Shown: positions 1 to 12,768, counted from the stretch's first letter. The stretch: 64,000 nucleotides of DNA from Octopus sinensis (GCF_006345805.1 NC_043004.1:6138001-6202000), one strand, 5' to 3'. The notes: generated by a model from the sequence alone, not told the origin. A program made the numbers and translations.

Positions 1-352
1 TCTTTAAATGGTAACATGGTAAAACAGAACTGATTTGAATATGAAAATATTCCAATCAAACAAACAATTTAACAATAGACCTTTGTCAATTGGATTCAAA
101 TGACATCACAAGAAATAATGAAGGAGATGGAATTGGCAACAAGTATAAACTTATTGATTAATGAATGATTTCTTTCAATGCCATCAGTGTGTAGATGAGC
201 CCTGAATGCCAGCTATGTACCAGTTAAATTTTTATATGGAAATGAAAACACACATATATACACAGATCTAGTAAAATGAAATCTACATACAAACATTTAA
301 ACTACTATGATAGAAATAAATATACCTAACGATACATTAAACTATATATATA

Positions 353-754
353 TTTTACTCTTTTACTTGTTTCAGTTATTTGACTATGGCCATGCTGAAG
401 CACCACCTTTAGTTGAGCAAATCGACCCCAGGACTTATTCTTTGTAAGCCTAGTACTTATTCTATTGGTCTCTTTTGCCGAACTGCTAAGCTATGGGGAT
501 GTACACACACCAGCATTGGTTATCAGGTGATGTTGGGGGGGGGGACACATACACAGATACACACACACACAAACATACATACACACATATGATGGGCTTC
601 TTTACAGTTTCCGTCTACCAAATCCACTCACAAGGATTTGGTTGGCCCGAGGCTATAGTAGAAGAGACTTGCCCAAGGTGCCATGCAGTGGGACTGAACC
701 CAGAACCATGTGGTTGGTAAGCAAGCTACTTACCACACACCCACTCTTGCGCCT
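353..754 (-). mobile_element. tRNA-derived SINE family A (internal CA/TA microsatellite, AAAGAGT-type tail)
   Basis: Closely similar to the reverse complement of 9727-10198; tRNA-like head with A/B-box-like motifs. Confidence 0.88.
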
Positions 755-766
755 TGTATATATATG

Positions 767-847
<81 letters not shown>

Positions 848-1080
848 ATATACATACATATGGATAGTAAGAAACTCTAGGGAGAGCTGAACAGCAAAAG
901 GTCTGAGAAACCTCTGTTTCCCCCACAAGTGTTTTGGCCCTTAACACCTTGCACTCTAAGCGGACAGGGTCACATCCAGGTCATGATTCCTGAACACCTG
1001 CTGCTGCCACCTTCTGTGTTACTGTCTGCATTGCAATCCTTTTGGATGGTTAAGATACCCCAGAGCTAATGCGTCTTGAG

Positions 1081-1114
<34 letters not shown>

Positions 1115-1169
1115 TACTAGAGTACCCAAGTAATCAGTAATGACTTCAAATATGCTTATCTTCATTAGC

Positions 1170-1389
1170 CCTTTTGATACCAACCCCGCCTGAAACCACC
1201 TCTAGCTCTGTCGTATGAATGTCTTGTTTTCATAAGTTTTGAATTAAAATCTTCCATCAAACCTTAGTCACAATTTATGTTCCTAACACCAGCTTAATGA
1301 TAACTAAGTTATTTTACTAAATTCTTTGTTATTTAAAATTAATTCAAAGAAACTCAGAGCATCTCAACAGAAATATGGTAACAAAAGGG
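1170..1389. mobile_element. piggyBac-type MITE (TTAA-flanked)
   Basis: ttag|CCCTTTTGATACC ... GGTAACAAAAGGG|ttaa terminal inverted repeats. Confidence 0.7.
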
Positions 1390-1613
1390 TTAAAATATAT
1401 TGATGCTAATAATGCATACACATTCTCAAAGACATGTATAAAAAAGAAAAATATTCATGATTGCTCAGTATGTATACATAAAAACATGTATACATGCATC
1501 AATATACACACACATGTATACAACCATACCCACACAGGCATATATATATATATATATATATTTACACCCACTCCACACACATATACATACACCCACTTCT
1601 GCTGCTCACATAT

Positions 1614-1881
1614 ACTCTTTTACTTGTTTCAGTCATTTGACTGTGGCCATGCTAGAGCACCGCCTTTAGTCGAGCAAATCGACCCCAGGACTTATTCTTT
1701 GTAAGCCTGTTACTTATTCTATCGGTCTCTTTTGCTGAACCTCTAAGTTGCAGGGACATAAACACACCACCATTGGTTGTCAAACGATGTTGGGGGGACA
1801 AACACAGACACACAAATATATATATATAGATGATGATGATGTTGATATATATATATATATATCATCATCATCATCATCATC

Positions 1882-1919
<38 letters not shown>

Positions 1920-2101
1920 TATATACATACATATGTACGATGGGCTTCTTTCAGTTTCTGTCTACCAAATCCACTCACAAGGCTTTGGTTGGCCCAAGGC
2001 TATAGCAGAAGACACTTACCCAAGGTGCCATGCAGTGAGACTGAACCCAGAATCATGTGGTTGGTAAGCAAGCTACTTACCACACAGCCACTCCTGTGCC
2101 T
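1614..2101 (-). mobile_element. SINE family A
   Basis: Full-length copy with an expanded (TA)n/(ATC)n middle. Confidence 0.88.
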
Positions 2102-2244
2102 ATAAATCACAGTGCTCAACAGGTTCTTGTTTTATTTACCTCAAAAGAGTTTGAATTCATGACATAAAGAACTGGAAACAGTGCCACCAAGTATTGTGTT
2201 TTTGATGTGCTGTCAGCTTGCACTTTGATACTAATAATAGTTTT

Positions 2245-2452
2245 AAATTCTGCCACAAGGGCAGCATCTTTGGTGGAGGGGATGAGTCAATCACATTGAC
2301 CCCAGTTTTCAACTGGTACTTATTTTACTGACCCTGAAAAGATGCAAGCCAAAGTCGACCTTGGCAGAATTTGAACTCAGAATGTAGTGACAGGCGAAAT
2401 ACTGCTAAGCATGATACCCAGTGCGCTAACGATTCTACCAGCTCACCACCTT
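2245..2452 (-). mobile_element. tRNA-derived SINE family B
   Basis: Reverse complement of ggtgagctggtagaatcgttagc...gagttcaaattc...aagtaccagt (B-box GTTCAAATTC). Confidence 0.8.
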
Positions 2453-3700
2453 ATAATAGTGGTTTCAAATTTAATAATACATACATATATACATACAACC
2501 ACACTAATAAAAATTGTAACACACTACTGACTCTACAATTAGTGTGGTTTGAAAATAAAACTGTGTTTAACAGCAGGTGTCACAGACAAATTCTATCTCT
2601 TCCTATGTCTGAGGAACCATGTTACATTGCCATTTGGGATTTGTAGTGACAGCAGATTAAAAATCCCTTGACCATGCATTTACTATATTAACCACAATAC
2701 CACAGGTGTGTCTTTGTCAAATGTTAGACTAGAAAATTAAACTACATGTGAAACAAAATCATACATGGTATTATTAAAGGCTAAAAACATCAGTTCAAAT
2801 ACAAATAATTCCTTTTGGAATGGAGAAACTCAGAGCAGATAACGCTATAAATAACAGCATGTAAATATTGGGTTAAAAAAAAACACTGATGCAAAAAATC
2901 AATGGCTGCCTGTGGGACCTGAACCAATATTTTCTGATTTACTGATATTTGCTGGTAAGAATAACAGATAGTGAAACTCAAAGGATTGCTTTGGTCCAAT
3001 GGTTGAATGTCTTATGTTTACAGATGACATAGGTTTGGATCCCAGGGACAGCGTTTGATTTTTTCTATCCAAAAGGTTTTTTATTTGACAAAATATTAGT
3101 GTTATTATTTATAGCTTTATCTGCTTCAGGTTTCACCATTCCCCATCCAAAAAAACTAAAAAACTTCATGTTCTCTCAAAGTTTATGAATTCTTATGATG
3201 CCAACAACAAATACTAAATCTAATTATTTTTTGGTTTTATTAAACAAGAAAAATCCATACAACATGACAGAAATATGGACTTGGTTACCTCATCTTAATG
3301 TTGTGGTACACACTAGCTATAAACAGAGAGAGAAAGGAGATAACTACTAAAAAAAAAAAAAGACAAACTAACAGACATGATAAACAAGGCAGGGGAATAT
3401 TGTATAAGACATGGGTGACATTGAATTATGATGCATCAGACAAGGAAAGGAATGAGGTGGAAGATAACATGGATTTAACTATGTAACAGCAAAATTATAT
3501 ACAATGGGTTTCTACAATGCTCATCTACTAAATTCACTTACAAGGAATTGGGTTGTAGTAGAAGACATTTGCTTAAGGTGCCAGGCAGCGAAACTGAACT
3601 CAAAGCCACATGGCTGTAAAGTGAGCCTCTTACCTACACAGCCATGTCTTCGTTAAACAGAGGATGCTGTTTGAAAGTTAAGTATCATGGCCAAAAGTAA

Positions 3701-4020
3701 AGAGGTGCATGGCTTAGTGGTTAGGGCATGCAGTTGACGGTCATAAGGTTGTGAGTTTGATTCCTGGCAGTGTGATGTGTTTTTGAGCAAGACACTATTT
3801 CACGCAGTTCTTGTCCACTTAGCTAGTAAAAATGAGTTGTACCTGTAATTCAAAGGACCAGCTTTGTCACACCCTGTGTTACACTGGATCTCCCCCAGAA
3901 CTACGTTCAGGTTACATGTGCCTGTGGGGTGCTTGGCTACTTGTATGCTAATTTGATGAGCAGGCTGTCTCACTGACTGGTTCAACTGGAACCCATGTCA
4001 TTGGAACCGATGGAGTGCCA
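3701..4020 (+). mobile_element. tRNA-derived SINE family E
   Basis: gcatggcttagtggttaggg...gagtttgattcctgg head plus gtgtttttgagcaagacact core; relics at about 7100-7280 (-), 11560-11760 (-) and 46215-46345 (+). Confidence 0.7.
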
Positions 4021-4662
4021 GTTTTATTGTGGCCAAAGACATATTGGCAGTGTCCAATAATGAGATGTGAAGCATTCAAACCAAAACTTTTTGAAGTGGA
4101 TCAAATGTCCTCAAAACATCTCACATGCCGTGATATAGATAGCTACAGTCTTGGAGATGAGTTTAATATGTTATGAAAGACCAGAGAAATACCGCAATAA
4201 ATGAAAAAAAAGAAAATTGAAAACACAGAAAGGAAAAGAAACCGATGCTGGTATCATTATATCAAGTAATAAAAGTACATTTTACAAAGCAATGACCAAC
4301 TCAATACTATCACCAATGAAGTGTTATCAACCAGAAAAGAACAACAACAAACATAAGTGAAAATGTCCTGTAGTAAGTCTCCTTAGCAAGAATATTGTTT
4401 TTACATTTTTTAACTGTCCAGAAAAGGAAGAGAAAGAATCAAGAATCCAATATCAAAGCAAAATGTGATAATTCATAAGCAAAGATAGAAGCAATTTTTG
4501 AAGAAATATTCAAGGCAGATATACATGTAAATCTGATAATAAAATTTGTTTATTATTTTTCTAGTTTACCTCACTTTTTCCATGCTATCACTGATGGCAT
4601 AGCATTTAAGCGTTTATTGTAGCAAATAATTTTTTCAGCTAAATCACTTTTCTCACGTTTAA

Positions 4663-4874
4663 CACTTAGCATTTAAACCAGGCCCAAATATTCTACTCAT
4701 TTTCTGTTCAAACTGACTAGATATAGCCTCTCATACCTAACCCACACAATGTTTTTCTGAAAATAAATGATCACACCATCAAAACCTTGAAGCGATGAAA
4801 TAATACTGGATTGATTCAAAACAACATGAATCAACAAGCATTAGATTCAACAGAATTATTTCAACGTTAAAGGG
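4663..4874. mobile_element. TTAA-flanked MITE (second family)
   Basis: ttaa|CACTTAGCATTT ... AACGTTAAAGGG|ttag; the internal sequence recurs at about 61080-61250. Confidence 0.5.
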
Positions 4875-5170
4875 TTAGACACTTCACTATGAAGTAGAAG
4901 GGGAATTACCACCAGTCAAGTAAACAGATGCAAGCAGAGTTATGCAACTTATTCAAGGTACACCACTGAATGTTGCAAAATATGAATGCATATTTATAAT
5001 AAATGCAACAACTTTATGTTGTGAAGTGTATTTGCCACCTAAATGTGATGATGCTAGTGTTGTTTATAGCCCCAGGAAGATATCTCCTCCAGCTGGCTTA
5101 TAACATACTGTCTGATTTCGATTAGTATTTGCGAAGGGAAATCATCGTTCCCATCTCTAGCCTTACATGA

Positions 5171-5220
5171 TACACACAGACCCGGGTTTCTGGGTAGTAA
5201 GCCATCATCAGAGTGTGATA
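5171..5220 (-). ncRNA. Minimal type I hammerhead ribozyme motif (Penelope-like-element type)
   Basis: Minus strand: tatcacact CTGATGA tgg cttactac cca GAAA cccggg TC tgtgtgta. Both core segments are intact; helix II UGG/CCA; helix III is the palindrome ACCCGGGU; GUC cleavage triplet; helix I CACAC/GUGUG. Confidence 0.7.
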
Positions 5221-5514
5221 ATCACCAGCAAGTGATAAGAACTCATTCCAAATGCAAAATACTACATGCTTTTTTTCCAGTGACAAACTGTCGCTGATCT
5301 CAAAAAAGGAGAAACATGCAATATTAAATCTCTGGGTAAACTTTTGTGTTGCAGCAATGTGAATCACTGAATGACTGTATCAAAATCAGTGGCAATGAGG
5401 CCTACAAATCAAACAAGTGCACATAGACACACCATGAACACAGACAGACATGCATATGAATTTAAGAGCAATGTTCTTGAAGCCTTTTTTAAATTCATTT
5501 TATTTTGAGTGGTA

Positions 5515-5880
5515 GTGTTTTATCATTGGGCTGCAGCCATGATGGGGCACAACCTTAAAGGGTTTCATCAAATCAACCCCAGTATTTTTTTTTTTAGTTT
5601 TAAATTCTGTAACTTATTTTATTGATTTCTTTTGCTGAACTGCCAAGTTAAAGGGATGTAAACAAACTAACACCGGTTGTCAAGAAGTGGGAGCTCAAAT
5701 TCAACGACACACATTTATACAATAAGCTTCCACACAGTTTCCATCAATCAAATTCACTCACAAGTCATTGGTTGACCAAGCTATAATAGAAGGTACTTAA
5801 CCAAGGTACTGTGAAGTGGGATTGAACCTGAAACCACATGGTTACAAAGCTAGCTTCTTAACCATACGGCCATGCTTGCA
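5515..5880 (-). mobile_element. SINE family A, older copy
   Basis: Diverged match across tail, core and head; limits approximate. Confidence 0.7.
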
Positions 5881-8480
5881 TCAAATTAGATTTTAATCAA
5901 CACATCTACTGCCATAACAGTTTCAGAGAAATAAGAAGAAAGTTTTGTGAGGTTTGACCAATCTGGTACGAATTTAATGTAAGAAGACATTATTTTGGAC
6001 GATAAAATAGTTTTGAAACCTGTAAAATACTAAAGTACCAACCTGTGATATTGTAAAATTAAATTGTTTTGTTTGATCCAGGTGATATAAGAAGGCAAAC
6101 TGATACATGTAGCTTAAGTAGCACAATTAACCAAAAGCACATGAAGCAGAAATGAAAGGCAACTGTTTAGCAAGATTAAAAATGTGAAAATATCAAAAGG
6201 CAGAAAGGAAGACCTTCAAGCAAGTGAAATCATTTTTCAAAATTTTTATAATTAAACAATTAACAAGAATATTTCCTTGTTATATGGGCAAAAAGCAGAA
6301 AGAAAATTTAGCCGGAATTGGAAATATGTCTCCCATTCTAGGAAGTGTAAAACTGTAAACTCACTCTCCCATGTCTTTGTTCCCATGTTTAGGCTTTAGT
6401 AGAAGTTTTCTATCTTTTGCTTTCTTTCGTTCTATGTCCCAAAGTCTTTTTCTGTGACAGAAAACAAGAACCGTGCCAAATCTCAGATAAAATCTTCCTT
6501 TCCAATAACTAAACTAAGAAAAAACTTATCGGTATGCTGTGTGTGTGTGTGTGTGTATATTTCTGATTTATTTTCAAAATGTTTCGTGGAAGACAACTTG
6601 AGCCAAATTTCTATTATTTTCTTTATAAAGGATGAAATGAAAAGACAATTATCCAATCAAATTCTCTGTTAACATTTGTGACGAGTTGAGGATTTCACTT
6701 GATTTCTATAACATTGATAATGCATGACAAGAAACATGCAATTAAGACTGTGCAAACCTTTAATTCTAAATTAATTAAAATCGTTAACAGTAATATAACT
6801 TATTAACTCTTGTTTAGAAGATATATCAAAATTAATAACTGACATTTTAAATGTTGTTAACCAGCAATTGCAAATACAAAAAGCAGAAAAATAAAATATC
6901 TCACAGTATTAAATATGTTAAAAAAATGATGAATCTTTAGATGATACATTCAGAAGCTGAGACTAACACAAATGATAGACTCTCCTGACATAGATGATAC
7001 ATGAAGGTCCTGCAATTCTTTGCTGAACATCCAGCACCAATGATTTGTTTAAAGTGATGAAATGTTTTTGTTGTACTTTAGCTCACTCTCTCCCATTAAA
7101 TTGACACTGCCTGTGTAGGGGGCTCATGTTTCACTGTACAGGTGCACAGGTGTCAGAGCAGAGCAAAGTGAAACAAAGAGTTCTGCTCAAGAGCACGACA
7201 CATTGCCTTATCCAGGAATCAAAACAATGATTTGGCGATCATGAGTGCAAAATCCTAACCACCAGGCCATGCTCCTTCACAAATATATATTCCTAGTAAT
7301 GAATTTATGAATGAAAGTTAAAGCAGCGAGGGGAGTGAACTGTTAGAGAGTTAAATGAAATAAGTAACAAAGTTGTGTCATGAAAATGATTGGTTACCGA
7401 CTTAGTACTAGTTATTGCTATCAATAAATATATGAACACCATTTAGTACATACAGCCACATTGCCAATAATGAAGACAACAATGGAAAGCTTGCGAAGAG
7501 ACAATGAAGATGTTGACAACAGTACAAACGAGTATTTGATGATTTACCAGAATGAATTAGTGGAGTGATGATTGTGATGGATGATTGACCTGATGGCTGA
7601 AATGATTTGATGGACAATATGATACAATATACACATGGTGTAATTCCAAAAGAGGTAAAGACAATAAAATAAAATAAATGAATTACAGATGAGCACTTGA
7701 ATATATGAATTCAGTTAAAATTTTATCAACATCAATGTTGGAGCTCTTTCTAAGAAATCTTTTTCTTTAGGGGTTTCTAGAATGTCTACCATGTGTTTCT
7801 TAGTTTTGGAATAAGCACACTGCAATGACAAAGACTGGGAATAGGGACTGCATTTGGCTGAAAACTATCCAACCCATGCTGACATACAAAATTGGACACA
7901 AAGTGGCAAAGATATTTGAATGACATATCAGAATGTACAAAAGAAAGAATGTCAAAACAGTTATTTTTGGTGGGATGATCATCATTATCATCATTTAATG
8001 TCCATGCTCCATGCTGGCATGGGTGGGATGGTTTTACAGGATCTGATGGGCCCAAGGATAGCATCATGCACCAGTGTCTGCTTTGGCATGGTTTCTAAGG
8101 TTGGTGGCCATTCCTAACACCAGCGACATTTTTCATGCCACCAGAAATAGGGAGGATGTCATTGCAGTGTGCAAGACTATGAAACCCAAAAGACAATTCT
8201 ATGCAAGGAGTTGAGGAACAGAAAATGGGGCAAAATCCTAACCTTCAATGTTAACACAGATCTCAAAAGGAGAGGGGCACAAGTATATTATGAAAGTAGC
8301 AGAATAAGCTCAATGCTGAGTTTAATTAGTGGATATTGTGAGGCAGGTGGAGGTGGGGGTACAAGTAATTTTCCACTGGTAGAAGTGAGATGATAAGATG
8401 AATAGATCAACAGAAAAATGTTAAAACAAAAAAGGAAAAACAAACGTGTAAATGAAATACAAAACAACAAGTAAACTTAC

Positions 8481-8613
8481 ATAGAAGAATTATTATCTGA
8501 CTGCTTCTCATCCAAATAGACTTGATCTGACGGGTGCATCACCATAGAGTCTGTGTAAGTGTAAATAGTGGAACTTTCAGCAAACCTCTTGCTGTGACAC
8601 AACTGGTAATCGT
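8481..8613 (-). CDS. TRAK1: TRAK/Milton exon (last confidently found), phase 1-2
   Basis: gcag|AC GAT...AT|gtaagt; 133 nt = (D)DYQLCHSKRFAESSTIYTYTDSMVMHPSDQVYLDEKQSDNNSS+AT; S.YT.T...HPxD motif. Read-through would give ATG TAA (stop at 8477-8479). Confidence 0.85.
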
Positions 8614-8711
8614 CTGCAGATGAATCATAAAAAAAGAAATATTTCATTTTAAACATCCTCAGCAGATTTGATAGATTGAAATTGAAAGAAATCCGTTGTA
8701 TATATATATAT

Positions 8712-8900
8712 ATATATTTTTGCCATGATAGATTGCTAGCCTCTACACATTCTTTATTTTCTCTCTTTGTTTCTTTCTGTGGAAGAGCGTAGACTCGAAA
8801 CATTAAAGACTTTATCACTTCCCGAGCATTAAACTAATACATCTGTTTGTTGTCTACACCACCTGTCTTCGTCTTTTGTTTTTTTGTGAATTCTCCCTAT
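8712..8900 (+). mobile_element. Short repeat of probable Penelope-like origin carrying a variant hammerhead-like motif (8772-8809)
   Basis: tcttt ctgtggaa gag cgtaga ctc gaaa cat t aaaga: helix I UCUUU/AAAGA, helix II GAG/CUC, GAAAC. The surrounding ~190 bp resembles a repeat I recall from octopus genomes. Confidence 0.45.
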
Positions 8901-9726
8901 ATATATGTGTGTGTGTGTACCTTGATCAATAGCATAATTTTCCTTTAATGGCAAAATATGCACCTAATTCAATAAAATTATAAAGGTTACTCTGATTACT
9001 ATGCATAATATGCCCCTGCTTTTCAATCTCAGTATTTAAGCTATGCATAGCACTGCAGTAGTACACATGCTGTGTACATTACTACAACACTGTTTTCTTT
9101 ATGTGCTATAACGGCAGAAATATATCTGCCTTGAACTCAGCTGCGCACCTGTGTTTCACTTATTTTTTTGTTTTACTATATAAAGGTCACCAACTGCCTA
9201 CTCTGAGTAATCACTGATGGCACGTGCCTGGTGTACATACATACACACACATATGTATCTGTTTTTCCATACAATGGCTAGATAGGTTTGTAATACAGTG
9301 AATAGCTACTTGTCTCTCAATTCTGCATCATCTCAATTGTGTAGCTCAACACTACAATTTGATCTCACTTCCTATTCCTTTCCTTCCCAGTCTTCTTTTT
9401 TGTCAGATAACTCCCACTGAGAGCATTAAGTACATTTTTCATCCAACAGTTCTCATCCATTTGCATCACATATTAAACAGATGAAGGTTGAACATTATTT
9501 ATCTTTCTAGGAAAAATGCTTCATTTTGATAATTAAAAAAAATATTTCTTAAAGGTAATACACTCATTAAATAATGTAAGGCACATATCAGGTGTGAGTT
9601 ATATTTGTTGGGGAAGGAGGTATAACAAGACGATGTGATCTCTACACATAACTGTCAAAGTAATTTTTCATAAATCTGTGTGAATAGTCTGACAATTTGG
9701 CTAGTTTTCAATATTTTATTATTAGG

Positions 9727-9912
9727 AGGCGTAGGAGTGGCTGTGTGGTAAGTAGCTAGCTAACGAACCACATGGTTCCGGATTCAGTCCCATTGTGTGG
9801 CACCTTGGGCAACTGTTTTCTACTATAGCTTCGGGCTGACCAAAGCTTTGTGAGTGGATTTGGTAGACAGAAACTGAAAGAAGGTCATCGTATATATGTA
9901 TGTATGTATGTA

Positions 9913-9966
<54 letters not shown>

Positions 9967-10198
9967 TGTGTATATGTTTGTGTGTCTGTGTTTGTCCCTG
10001 CCAACATCGCTTGACAACCGATGCTGGTGTGTTTACGTCCCAGTAACTTAGCGGTTCGGCAAAAGAGACCGATAGAATAAGTACTAGGCTTACAAAGAAT
10101 AAGTCCTGGGGTTGATTTGGTTGACTAAAGGCGGTGCTCCAGCATGGCCACAGTCAAATGACTGAAACAAGTAAAAGAGTAAAGAGTAAAAGAGAGAG
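9727..10198 (+). mobile_element. SINE family A
   Basis: aggcgtaggagtggctgtgtggtaag head, internal microsatellite, gtaaaagagtaaagagt tail. Confidence 0.9.
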
Positions 10199-10723
10199 TA
10201 ATAACTATTATGCTTAACAGCTTTATAATCATTTGACTCCCTAATCTATGGTGCTTGGTCCCCCATCAGTAATAATATGGTAGCATTAGATTCAGGACAA
10301 TTTTTCGATACATTTGAATATAAGTGACCTATGTGCCAGCAAACACAGTGCATACATATGCAAATATATTAGGATTATCATGCTTCAGAAGAAACTTATG
10401 GTTAATAAACCATAATTTTTTAATACACATTATTGTTACTACAACAATATTAAAAAAAAATTCGCCTTTAGTATATTTACAATATTTACATTTATACTAT
10501 TTTTTGGTGAGTTTGATCTCTAATCATCATCAATCAGATGTATTTTTCCTGAATAAATGTACAGAATCTTATGTTGGATTCAAATTAGGACCCTATATTT
10601 TTGAAGGAAGAGTAATAATGTCCTTATCTGGTAACAACCATCACTCATTAATTTTCAAACATTGTTGTTATATTTCTAAGTGTGTGTGTGTGTGTGTGTG
10701 GGTGGGTGGGTGGATATGATGTA

Positions 10724-10920
10724 CTGTAACTGATGGTATATAAAATGCTCCTTTTCCCCCACCAAAAATGTCACAAAATAAATCACCCCAGGCCCTATAT
10801 GCAAAGTTAGGCCTATATCATATGCTTTAATGCACTAAAAACTTTAGTTCCTTAAATATGTGCCGCTGAAACTGGGATGTATCTAATATGCCCAAGCATC
10901 TTTTACAACAACAGATGTCA
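10724..10920. mobile_element. Degraded copy of the 29734 MITE family
   Basis: ta|ctgtaactgatggtatataaaatgc; the internal caggccctatatgcaaagttagg...gcactaaaaacttt matches 29925-30030. Confidence 0.5.
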
Positions 10921-10973
10921 TAAAAATTTTTTTAAATATAAATGAAATAAAGAAACAATAACAAGATACTGAC

Positions 10974-11120
10974 CGTCTTCTTCATAATCACTTAAGTTAT
11001 ATACTTCTTCTTCCAGATCCAACTTGCGCTCCCCTTTAATTTGCACCCCTGGCCTTGACTCAAATATACCAGTCATATGTGGTTGGGCTAACTGCTGCCA
11101 GTGCTTCAGTGTTACCGATC
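10974..11120 (-). CDS. TRAK1: TRAK/Milton exon, phase 1-1
   Basis: gcag|GA TCG...G|gtcagt; 147 nt = (G)SVTLKHWQQLAQPHMTGIFESRPGVQIKGERKLDLEEEVYNLSDYEED+G; GSxTLxHWQQLAxP motif. Absent from the ORF track. Confidence 0.95.
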
Positions 11121-12587
11121 CTGCAATAAATCAAATCAAATATAACTTCCACACAACTGAAAATCAATACTTGGGCTTCACCTTTATTATACTTCAGCTT
11201 CTCAACACTTCACTCACTGCAATCTCTTAAGTACCTTTCCTCAACTAAGTTGAGGGGACTTTTTCCTGTTCTTTTCCTATCTTGCAAGTTACTTGGTGAC
11301 CTCATTACAGCATGTAGCATGAAAAAAAGTACCAGGTACACACTGAAAGGGGTTGGTGTTCAGAAGGGCTCCAGTTGTAGAAACTATGCCAAAGCTTGCT
11401 GCAGTCTTGTGGCTTGCTGGATCCTGTTAAACCGTCCAACCCATGTCAACATGGAAAACAGATTTTAGATGATAATAATGATGATTTCATCGTTCCATAA
11501 TTTAGATGCCTGTAACAAACTGTTACTAGGGTCTAAATTGTATTAGCAGTGAAGCAATTAATATTCATCTCACTGCACTCTGCTACTGTCAAACCATTTA
11601 ACTGCACAGTAGGTGGAGTATCTTTATCTTCCTTTATCATTAGAACAAATTAGAGTTATGTCCCTTGCTCAAGGGCATACTAACAAGATTGCGGTTTGAT
11701 TTGAACCTACCACTAGGACTTCAGTTGCCCATCTCACAGACATTGCAATTCATACCATACTTCATGTTATCAATACCAACAGTTCAGAAATTGAATTACA
11801 TATTTTTCTAAGTCTGAAAGGACCACCAACACATCTTATTTTTGTCACTTAGTCGAAGGACATTCAATGCGCATGAATCTCTGTCATTTATTACATAGTT
11901 TTGTTACTGTCCTTGCTTACTTGTTTTAGAAATTTTTCCCATTCTCTTCATAGCTCATCCTTTCTACTGTTTGGTCTAGAGACCTTTACTTCCTTGCTAT
12001 TTGTACTTGTCTTTTTTTTTTCTGTTTGTGTTTGGCTATTATGCCCAGTCATTTATAAACCAGCAGCTTACGTTGTTGATACAACCCAATTGAGCAATAT
12101 TATCAGAGTCAAAACTGTGAAGATGTTTGGCTGATAACTGATGAGGGGTTTAGCATCTCCAAATCCATTGAGTGAGTTTTTCCATGTGTTCCTTTGTTGT
12201 TCCCCTGTGCCACATTTTGTTTTTATACATAAATTCATGTAATGAACATCAAGAGAGGTAATGTTTGACATGAAAACTATATGGTGTTCAATGCAGAGCT
12301 GTAAGGGCTGAAAACACTTGTGCATCTCTATTAATTAGCAGTGTGTTTGGTTATAGCTAAGTCTAGAGTTAGTTTTCACTTATATCAGTTCCAATAACAG
12401 ACCAATTTCAACTTTCTATAAGCTTACTATATTTCCATCCACTCTGATAATATCTGACAATTCCCAATAACTTTTAATGTTACAAGATTTACAGAATACC
12501 AACAATATGTGCACTGATCAATCAAAAAAAGAAAATAGCAGTAACACAATTACCAAATGAACATTGTCTCGAAAAAGGTAATTATAA

Positions 12588-12743
12588 ATGGCAGTGCATA
12601 AGGAAGGCATCCAACAAAATTCATTTTACAATAGCTTTTAAGTGTTTATCACACCAGTCATATGATGTATAACAAATAAATGAGTATAAAGTGGATCAAA
12701 AAATGTGTATAAAAAATTAATTGGTATCAAACATCTAAACAGA
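12588..12743 (+). repeat. Local direct duplication, copy 1 (paralogue of 13497-13652)
   Basis: atggcagtgc...gcatccaa...tttacaatagcttt...tttatcacacca...gtataaagtggat is shared. Confidence 0.8.
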
Positions 12744-12768
12744 TTTCAAAGATTTATTGTAACCTTAC

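Noticed and set aside
7408-7596. Hydrophobic ORF (LFASFPLLSSLLAMWLYVL) as a transmembrane or KASH-like TRAK tail
   Set aside because: It needs a phase-0 donor, but the last exon ends in phase 2, and there is no C-terminal PPPx. The PPPPP near 8340-8355 is not terminal either.
9727-9800. tRNA-like sequences with A/B boxes
   Set aside because: They are SINE heads continuing into repeat bodies; no complete cloverleaf tRNA gene was recognised.
12138-12170. Third hammerhead-like motif CTGATGA-GGGG-tttagcat-CTCC-aaatcc
   Set aside because: G12 of GAAA is lost, and no helix III palindrome or helix I partner remains; at most a dead relic.
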